Below the pieces are notes generated by a model. The model did no database searches. It saw only the letters and a list, made by a program, of their open reading frames with translations, and was not told the DNA's origin. The position numbers and the translations under genes are program-made. Of a stretch of 64,000 nt of DNA, positions 30,956-40,785 are shown one piece after another. The DNA lies in assembly GCF_009914755.1 (NCBI RefSeq), contig NC_060927.1; one strand, given 5' to 3'. How positions within the stretch are numbered: position 1 is the first letter of the stretch; each line of letters starts with the position of its first letter. The stretch is from the human T2T-CHM13v2.0 reference genome, Homo sapiens.

Positions 30956-31450
30956 GGAACCACAGAAAGAGGGCATCTAACCCACTTGAGAAGTCAGAGA
31001 AGGCTTCCTGGGGAAAGGAGAGGTTAAAGCTGAAACGTAAAGGTTGGCCAGAAAAGTGGAAAGGGAAGGGTGGGGAAAGGGAACAACCTCTCAAAGGCAT
31101 AGAGGCTGGGGTGGAGAGGGGTGGGTCACGCTGAGAAATGAAGTTGGAAAGGTTAACAGGAGCTAGCATGGGAGGGCCTTGTAAGTCTATGTCAAGAAGT
31201 GGGATTGTTCCTGATGGTAGGTGGAGTTATTGAACGATTTTATAAGAAGGAAAAAAGTAGCTTTTTAGAAAGGTTTGTTTTTGTTTTTGCTTTTCTGGCT
31301 TCAGGGCAAAGACTGAAGTCACAAAACTACTCGAGAGGTTGTTAAAAGCATTCAGGCATGAGATGAAAGTATCCTGGATTCAGGCGGAGGCCTTGGGCCT
31401 TCATATAGGGCTTCTTCAGAGTCGGTGCAATATTTGTTGAATTAAAATGG
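30215..31450 (-). mobile_element. L2 relic interrupted by an old MaLR (MLT1K/L-like) segment at about 30310-30885
   Basis: Antisense L2 tail at 30215-30300, with L2 resuming at about 30900 (GAGGGCATCTAACCC…GTCAGAGAAGGCTTCCTGGGG). The intervening segment reads CAAGGGACAGAAACTCAGCTCAAATCAGCTTAAGC on the minus strand, like an old MLT1 end. Confidence 0.55.
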
Positions 31451-34209
31451 GAGAATTAAAGTCATTTTCTGAGGTTCCCTTTGAGAGGAGTTGTACCTTC
31501 TACTTAAGATTATGAGGAACCATGCTTTGATAAGGGGGCGATTGTTTGGCCACTAGTTCCACATATTTCCTCCCAAGAGACTCTTCTGAACATGTACCAT
31601 CTTGGGTGTCACCGCCCTTGGGCTGCCAACTCTTCTTATTGTTCAAGATGTGCTAGGTGCTGTGTTCACCCAGAATAAAATGATTCTCATTTACTTACCT
31701 AGCAACTGTCAAAGCCTGAAATTTCATTCTGTGGGCGTAGGCAATTTTTCCCCTGCAAATGTGGCTTCATCTCAAGTTTGTTGTCTGCCAGCAACAGTGA
31801 ACAGAGGTGCTACAGTTGCTCTTCCTTTCTCCTGTGAGCAATAATTTAAGACCAGTTCTGCCAGAATACAAATGTAGAAATGCATCTGTTAGCAATTGTC
31901 ACTCTTGAGTCATGTGCTCAAGAGGTTTAGTGAGTTTGCCGGAAGACCTTCAGATGAAGAAATGGCTTGAAGATGCACAACAGAAACCCAGCAGGAGAAA
32001 ACAGTGGCTTAATTCCTTTTGGAGCCATCAGGGAAGAAAAATTCTGTTTCCTGGATGGACAGGAGGACACTGGCTTTGTTTGGGAGAATGAGGATCCGGG
32101 TCTTTATTGAAGAAAATAAATTCAAAAAGAAGACATAATGGGAAGTGTGTAGAGGAACAAAGGTGAATTTTACCCAGATCACCCTCTTTCCTACAGCACC
32201 TTATGGGTAGGAAACACATTGGCTAGGCTGTATTCAGAGAACCGAAGTGGGGAGGAGTTGAAGCAAAAAGGAGAAAAAACTGGCTTCTATGTTGTGTACG
32301 CAATCATTCCTTCTGTTTTTTATAGTATTCTTCTCTTATTTGTAGTATCTTCCACAACTTTCTCTAGTGTAGGCAGAATAAGATATGTCCCAGGCTCCCT
32401 CCCCACGAGTCTTCTGGACACAGGAGGGCCTTGGCTTTGAAATCCACTCTCAGCAGGCCCCTGTGAGTGTAAAGTGGCTCACCATCAGGTCCTCTCCCCA
32501 TCTCTTGGGGTCTTTTGACCACACACATAATGAGGTCTCACTTCAGCAATGTCTTTGTTCGACCCTAAATGGCGTTCCCACCCTCCTGACAAAGCAGCTT
32601 TTGTGTCTTATGTCAAAATAATCACTTACCAAAAATGATGGCAAGGCTCAGAAATATCCCAGCTTTATCCTTAGGGAATAGAAAAAAAAAAAAGAGCATT
32701 AAATGTTTAACCTGGATTGATGAGGTTTGCTGAAACTATTGGATAAAATGAAAACTTTCTTAGAGGCATAAATCACTAAGGAGACTTCCCCCGTCTCATT
32801 GATTTTTGGATTCGGTTAGTGATTCAAGCACTAAGAACATAAGGCTAGGTGGAAGTTAAAGAAAATGGAAATGCCACATTAACCTCTAAATTTTACCTAT
32901 ATGTTGATTTTTGACAGTGAAATACTATAATTAACTCAGACTATTTTCCAAAGCTTTAATTTTTTGCTGATGTTCAAAAGTATTGCAGAAAAGCTGATTC
33001 CTAATTATTACATACAGCATTGCATAAATTTCTTCTTAATTAAAAAGCCTCTAAATTCTAAATAATCAATTTACAAAGACATATGGTTTTGAAAAATTAG
33101 GCATTTAATTTCTAAAGATTTATTAGTAATTTGTACCATAGCTAATTAATTATGGTTATAAGACTATTATAGTCATAGTAGAGATTGATGTGATGATATG
33201 ATTGTAAATTTATTTTGATATGTCTTCTTTAATATCAGAGCATTACAATATACTTAGTTTTCCAGTTCATTCTTCATTATGCTTGAAAGCATTAGTTTAA
33301 TGAAAGATAAGTGGACTTGATAAGTGTACCATCAGAATTTATTTGAAAAACTGTTTTCAACATGAAACAAAGAAATTGTTTTTTTGCCCTGGCAAAATGA
33401 AATTTGTGCTTAGTAATAAATTAGCAGAAAGAAATGCTTAAAATTAAGTAGTATTTGATACAGAATTTTTTGTCTACCATTGTGACAATTCACAGAGAGC
33501 TTAGCATAAGAAAGTAGTTTAACTGTACAAGGGAAGCCTGCTGACAAAAGTGAATCGAACTCAACCTAAACAATGATGGTGTTGTAAATGTTCACAAGTG
33601 TGTGGGGTAGGTAGGAAGGCTTTTTTTCTATCTTGTTTCTCAGTGAATTTCTAGGTATTAAAAAAAAATCTAGAAACTGTTTTGAATGTTACTAGGTTTT
33701 TCTTCAAAGTTGTAAGAGGAGAGAGATTTATGATTTAGTGGTAGAAAATGCCACTGATCTGTTTCATTGAATAGAAACACATCCTTTTGAATACAATAGA
33801 GGACAGAAACATAATGCCGGTTGCAAGAAAGAAGGAAAAGGAAGATGATGAAAATAGCTTCATAATATATGTGGAGCTCAGAGAGCAGCATGCCACATTT
33901 AAGTTGGCTAAAGGATATATTTCCACATGCAGAGCCTGTGGAAGAGGTTTCTGGGGAGGTGGCAGAAACAATCTGTCCGTTTTCTTGATGGAATTCCAAG
34001 TACCAGAGTTGATTGGGTGACACATCAGGTCACCCACAACCTTACCTTCCTTTTTTTAGATGGTAATCATTTTGGATTATTCTGCTGCTTCTTTAGTGAT
34101 AGCATTAGTGTACATTGCTGTGGGTATTGTGGCTTTTACCCAACAAGGTCCATTTTGTCACATGTTTCTTCCCTCATTTTTCCACAGCACCATCATTTGA
34201 GGGATATCT

Positions 34210-34385
34210 GTCACTGACTAGCTGTGTGACTTTGAGGAAGTAACTAAATGTCTCTCAAGTCTCAATTTCCTCATCAGTAAAAGGGTGCCAGCAATAGGAC
34301 CAACTCAGCGGTGTTGCTGTGACATTAAACTACAGTAATACATGCTGGTCAGCTCTGCTTGGCACATAGGAAGTTATCATAGTAC
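34210..34385 (+). mobile_element. MIR SINE
   Basis: CACTGACTAGCTGTGTGACTTTGAGGAAGTAACTAAA…CTCAATTTCCTCATCAGTAAAA. Confidence 0.8.
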
Positions 34386-34447
34386 TTATAAGAGTAGAGG
34401 GCCAGCGCAGAGAACTGGGTGTTGGGGGAATGAGAAGCCTTGGTTTT

Positions 34448-34845
34448 CCATTCATTAATTTTACAAGTATTTACTGAGCATCCCTTCTGTCTTCAGTACA
34501 GGGCTTATTTGCTATGGACCTAAAAATCAATAGAATGTATGAATATCTGCTCTCTCAAAATTCACACTAATAGAAAGTGCACCTGTGTGCATAGAGATAA
34601 TTAAAATAACTAGTTATCTTTGAAGTGCATTGGGGCACAAGGGAAAAGAGCATTAGCCTGAAAATGTCTAAAAGAAAGGGTAATAATATTTGAGTCTTGA
34701 ACAAAGGTCAACCAAATGGGGAAGAGTAGTGATGTAGATAGCAAAAGGTTCCAAGACAGGTGGTAAGGAGACATAAGTTTGGATTGGTCATGGCTCAAGA
34801 GGTAAAACAAGGCTGGCGGAAAGATAAATTTGAAGGGGCTGAGGT
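34448..34845 (-). mobile_element. L2 fragments
   Basis: CATTCATT…ACAAGTATTTACTGAGCATC tail and ATTTGAGTCTTGAA motif. Confidence 0.55.
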
Positions 34846-34861
34846 TATTTATCTTATCGAG

Positions 34862-35313
34862 TGCTGTTGTCTGAATGTTTGTATCACCCCAAAATTCATA
34901 TGTTGAAACTTAATCACCGATATGATGACATTAAGAGGTGGGACTTTTAGGAGGTGTTTAGATTGTGAGGATAGGGCCCTTATGAATGGAATTCGCACCC
35001 TTATAAAAGAGGCCTGAAAGCCAGGTGCTGTGGTGCATGCCTGTAGCCCCCAGCTACTCAGGAAGCTGAGGAGGGAGGATTGCTTGACCCTGGGAGTTTG
35101 AGAATTTGACCAGGAAGCTTGTGGACCTTTTCTACCATGTGAGGACACAGAGAAGACTCTATTTACGAGGAAGAAGTCCTCACCGGACACTGGATCTGCC
35201 AACACCTTGATCTGGGACTTCCCAGTCTCCAGAATTATGAGCAATAAATTTCTGTTGCTCATAAATTACCCAGTCTAACGTATTTTGTTATAGCAGCCCA
35301 AATGGACTAAGAC
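34862..35313 (+). mobile_element. MLT1A0-like MaLR solo LTR
   Basis: TGCT…CTGAATGTTTGT…CCCCAAAATTCATATGTTGAAAC…AATAAATTTCTGTTG…TTTTGTTATAGCAGCCCAAATGGACTAAGAC. Confidence 0.88.
35020..35102 (+). mobile_element. Alu-monomer (FLAM/FRAM/7SL-type) 5' fragment, no tail
   Basis: GCCAGGTGCTGTGGTGCATGCCTGTAG…CAGCTACTCAGGAAGCTGAGG…GGAGGATTGCTTGA…GGAGTTTGAG. Confidence 0.8.
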
Positions 35314-35924
35314 TGGGTGAACGACAGCCTGTGGGATATAAAAACACCAAAGGTAGCTGTGTGAATATTAGAAGACCCGTTCATTTTTTTCTCTTCAAAA
35401 AATAATAGTACAGGTTTTTAAATATGTAGTGGAAATCTATTCAAATAGAATAACCAAATGCATATCCTATCATATTTATCAAGTTTGGGCTTCACAGTAA
35501 TAAAAGCTGTCATCAAAGGAAACAGTTAAAAATTACTCTTTTGGGATATTTCATCACATGCCTAATAAACTTTCAACCTGCTTGCTTCCATCAACAAATA
35601 TTTATTCAGCTCTTATTAGATGCCCAGAACCCTCCTAAGCCCTGTATGTCTAAAGTAGTTTGACTTTTCCTGGTACTTTACAGTAAAACAATAATAACTT
35701 TGATAATTTTTTTTTTAATTTCAATAGGTTTTGGGGGAACAGGCGGTGTTTGGTTACATGAATAAGTTCTTAGTGGTGATTTCCGAGATTTTGGTGCACC
35801 CGTCACCCAAGCAGTGCACACTGTTCGCAATGTGAAGTCTTTCATCCCTCACACGCCCCAACCTTTCCCCCAGGTCCCCAAAGTTTATTGTATCATTCTT
35901 ATGCCTTGGTGTCCTCATAGCATA

Positions 35925-38900
35925 GCTCCTACTTATAAGTGAGAATATACAATGTTTGGTTTTCCATTCCAGAGTGACTTCACTTAGAGTAATGGTCTCA
36001 AACTCCATCCAGGTTTCTGTAAATGCCATTATTTCATTCCTTTTTTATGGCTGAGTAGTATTCCATGGTATATATACCATATTTTCTTTATCTACTCATT
36101 GTCTTATGGGCATTTGGGCTGGTTCCATATTTTTGCAGTTGTGAATTGTGTTGCTGTAAACATGCATGTGCAAGTGGCTTTTTCATATAATGACTTCTTT
36201 TCCTCTAGGTAAATACTCAATAGTGGGATTGCTGCATCAAATAATAGATCTACTTTTAGTTCTTTAAGGAATCTCCACACTGTCTTTCATAGTGGTTGTA
36301 CTAGTTTACATTCCCAATAGCAGTGCAAAAGTGTTCCCTTTTTGCCACATCCATACCAGCATCTACTATTTTTATGTTTTAATTATGATTCTTGCAGAAG
36401 TAAGATGGTATCACATTGAGGTTTTGATTTCTATTGCCCTGAAAATTAGTGATGTGGGGCATTTTTTCATATGTTTGTTGGCCATTTGTATATCTTCTTT
36501 TGAGAATTGTCTATTTATGTCCTTAGCCCACTTTTTGATGGGATTGTCTGTTTTTTCTCGCTGATTTGTTTGAGTTCTTTGTAGATTCTGGACATTAGTC
36601 CTTTGTTGGATGGATAGATGATGAAGATTTTCTCCCACTCGGTGGGTGTTCTGTTAATTCTGCTGGTTATTTCTTTTGCTGTGCAGAAGCTTTTTAGTTT
36701 AATTAAGTCTCATCTATTTATCTTTGTTTTTATTGCATTTGCTTTTGAATTCTTGGACATGAAGTCTTTGCCTAAGCCAATGTCTAGAATGGTTTTTCTG
36801 ATGTTATCTTCTAGAATTTTTATCGTTCCAGGTCTTAGATTTAAGTCCTTAATCCATCTTGAGTTGATTTTTGTATGAAGTGAGAGATCAGGATCCAGTT
36901 TCATTCTTCTGCATGTGGCTTGCCAATTTTCTTAGCACCATTTGATGAATAGGGTGTCCTTTCCCCACTTTGCTTTTGTTTGCTTTGTCAAAGATCAATT
37001 GGCTGTAAGTATTTGTCTTTATTTCTGAGTTCTCCATTTTGTTCCATTGGTCTATGTGCCTACTTTTATACCAGTACCATGCTGTTTTGATGACCATAGC
37101 CTTATAGTATTGTTTGAAATCAGGTAATGTGATGCCTCCAGATTTGTTGTTTTTGCTTCATCTGGCTTTGGCTATGTGGGCTTTTTTTTTGGTTCCATAT
37201 GAATTTTAAGACTGTATATTTTAGTTGTGTGAAGAATGATGATGGTATTTTGATGGGATTTACATTGAATTTATAGATTGCTTTTGGCAGTATGGCCATT
37301 TTTACAATATTGATTCTATCCATCCATGAGCCTGGGATGTGTTTCCATTTGTTTGTGTTGTCTGTGATTTCTTTCAGCAGTGTTTTATAGTTTTCCTTGT
37401 AGAGGTCTTCCACATCCTTGGTTAGCTATATTCCTATGTATATTTTTTTTCACAGTTGCTGTAAAAGGGGTCGAGGTATTTATTTAATTCTCAGCTTGGT
37501 CACTGTAGATGCATAGCAGTGCTACTGATTTGTGTACATTGATTTTGTATCCCAAAACTTTACAGAATTCATTTATCAGATTTAGGAGCTTTTTGGATGA
37601 GTCTTTAGGGTTTTCTAGGTATACAATCATCTCATTAGCAAACAGCAACAGTTTTACTCCCTTTTTATTGATTTAGATGCCCTTTATTTCTTTCTCTTGT
37701 CTGATTGCTCTGGCTAGGACTTCCAGTACTATGTTGAATACAAGTGGTGAATGTGTGCATCCTTGTCTTCTTCCAGTTCTCAAGTGGAATGACTTCAGAT
37801 TTTCCCCGTACAGTATAATGTTGGCTGTGGGTTTGTCATAGATGGCTTTTATTACCTTAAGGTATGTCCCTTCTATGCCGATTTTGCTGATGTTTTCATC
37901 AAAAAACGATGCTGGATTTTGTCAAATGCTTTTTTCTGTGTCTATTGAGATGACCATGTCATTGTTGTTTTTAATTCTGCTTATGTGTTGTATCACATTT
38001 ATTGACTTCTATATGTTAAGCCATCCCTACATCCTTAGTATGAAACCCACTTGATCATTGCGGATTATCTTTTGATAGGCTGTTGGATTCAGTTAGCTAG
38101 TATTTTTTTTTTCTTTGAGGATTTTTGTGTCTATGTTCATCAGGGATATTGGTCTGTAGTTTTTTGTTATGTCCTTTACTGGTTTGGATATTAGGGTGAT
38201 ATTGGCTTCATAAAATGATTTAGGGAGGATTTCCTCTTTCTCTGTCTTTTGTAATAGTTTCAATAGGATTGGTACCCATTCTTTGAATTTCTGATAGAAT
38301 TCAGCTGTGAATCCATCGGTTCCTGAACTTTTTTTTGTTGGCAGTTTTTTAAATTACCATTTCATTCTCACTGCTTGTTATTGTTCTGTTAAGAGATTCC
38401 ATTTCTTTCTGGTTTAATCAAGGAGGATTGTGTATTTCCAGGAATTTGTTCATCTCCTCTAGGTTTTCTAGTTAATGCACATAAAGGTGTTCTAGTTTGT
38501 GCACGTGAAGGTGTTCATAGTAGCCTTGAATGATCTTTTGTATTTCTGTGGTATACATTGTAATAGCTTCTGTTTCATTTCTAATTGAGCTTATTTGGAT
38601 CTTCTCTCTTCTTTTCTTGGTTAATCTCCCTAATGGTCTATGAATTTTGTTTATCTTTTCAAAGAACTAGCTTTTTGTTTTTTCTATCTTTTGTATTTTT
38701 TTGTTGTTTCAATTTCATTTAGTTTTGCTCTGATCTTTGTTATTTCTTTTCTTCTGCTGAGTTTGGTTTTGGTTTGTTCTTGATTCTCTAGTTCCTTGAG
38801 GTGTGACCTTAGATTGTCTATTTGTGTTCTTTTTGATGAAGGTGTTTAATGCTGTGACCTTTTCTCTTAGAAATACTTTTGCTGTATCACAGAGGTTTTG

Positions 38901-39745
38901 GTTTTGTCACTATTATTCAGTTCAAATAATTTTTAAATTCCCATCTTGATTCCATTGTTGACCCAGTGACCATTCGGGAGCAGATTATTTAATTTCCATG
39001 TATTTGCATGGTTTTGAGGGTTCCTTTTAGAGTTGATTTCCAATTTTATTCTACTGTGGTCTGAGAGAGTACATGTTATAATTTCAATTTCCTTACATTT
39101 GCTGAGACTAATTTTGTGACCTAATATATGGCCTATCTTGGAGAATGTTCAATGTGCTGATGAATAGAATGTATATTCTGCAGTTGTTGGTTAGAATGTT
39201 CAGTAAATATCTGTTAAGTTCATTTGTTCTAAGGTATAGTTTCAGTCCACTGTTTCTTTGTTGACTTTCTGTGTTGATGACCTATCTAGCACTGTCAGTG
39301 GAGTACTGAAGTCCCCCAACTATTATTGTGTTGCCATCTATCTCATTTCTTGGGTCTAGTCTTAATTGTTTTATAAACTTGGGAGCTCCAGTGTTAGAGG
39401 CATATATATTTAGGATTGTGATATTTTCCTATGGAAGTAATCCTTTTATAATTATGTAATGCCTCTCTTTGTGTTTTTTAACTCTTGTTGCTTTGAAGTC
39501 TCTTTTGTCTGATATAAGAAAAGCTAGTCCTTCTTGTTTTGGTGTCCATTTGCCTGGAATATCTTTTTCCACCCCTTTACCTTAAGTTTATGTGAGTCTT
39601 TATGTGTTAGGTGAGTCTCTAGAAGGCAGCAGATACTTGGTTGCTGAATTCTTATCCATTCTGCCATTCTGAATCTTTTAAGTGGAACATTTAGGCCATT
39701 TACACTCAACATTAGTATGAAAACGTGAGGTACTATTCTGTTCAT
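35925..39745 (-). pseudogene. Disrupted L1 ORF2
   Basis: Starts MNRIVPHVFILMLSVNGLN…ICCLLETHL. Later fragments include [29 protein letters not shown] and NPIKKWAKD. Many stops and frameshifts. Confidence 0.88.
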
Positions 39746-39799
39746 TGTGCTAGTTGTTGCCTGAATACTTTCATTATTTTTTTCCTTGTGTTATTGTTT

Positions 39800-40785
39800 T
39801 ACAGTCCCTGTGGGATTTATGCTTCAAGGAGGTTCTATTTTGGTGTATTTTGAGGTTTTGTTTCAAGATTCAGAGCTCCTTTTAGCAGCTCTTGTAGTGT
39901 TGTCTTGGCAGTGGTGAATTGTCTCAGCATTTGTTTGAAAACAACTTTGTCTTTCGTTCATTTATTAAGCTTAGTTTCACTGGATACAAAATTCTTAGCT
40001 GATAATTGTTTTGTTTAAGGACGCTAAAAATAGGACCCCAATCCCTTGTGGCTTGAAGGGTTTCTGCTGATAAATCTGTTAATCTGATAGGTTTTCTTTC
40101 ACAAGTTACCTGACGCTTTTGCCTCACAGCTCTTGAGATTCTTTCCTTCATCTTGAAGTTAGATAACTTGATGACTATGTGCATAGGTGATGATCTTTTT
40201 TTGCAATGAATTTCCCAGATGTTCTTTGAGCTGCTTGTATTTGGATGTCTAGATCTCTAGCAAAGTAAGGGAAATTTTCCTCAATTATTCCCTCAAAGAA
40301 GTTTTCCAAACTCTTAAATTTCTCTTCTTGCTTGGGAACACCAATTATTCATAGGTTTGGTTGTTTAACATAATCCTACATTTCTTGGAGGCTTTATTCA
40401 TTTTTTAAATTCTTTTTTTTGTCTTTGTTGGAATGGGTTAATTTGAAAGCCCTGTCATCAAGCTCTGAAGTTCTTTCTTCTACTTGTTCAACTCTACTGT
40501 TGAAACTTTGCAGTATATTTTGGATTTCTCTATGCTATCTATTTCTCTGGAGATTTTTTCCATCCATATCTTGTATTATTTTTGAGTTTCTTTAAGTTAG
40601 CTTTCACCTTTCTCTGGTGTCTCCTTGAGTAGCTTAATAATCTACCTTCTGAATTCTTTTTCTGGCAATTCAGAGATATCTTCTTGGTTTAGATCCATTG
40701 CTGGTGAACTAGTGTGATCTTTGTGGGGAGTTAAAAAACCTTGTTTTGTCATATCACCAGCATCTTTTTTCTGGTTCCCTCTCAT
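39800..40785 (-). pseudogene. Disrupted L1 ORF1
   Basis: ATGAGAGGGAACCAG start at 40785. Fragment KPIRLTDLSAETLQATRDWGPIF. The end coordinate is approximate. Confidence 0.75.

Noticed and set aside
33670-34037. Overlapping 77-117 aa ORFs in unique DNA
   Set aside because: No recognisable homology, no matching splice-site pair and no evident coding signature.
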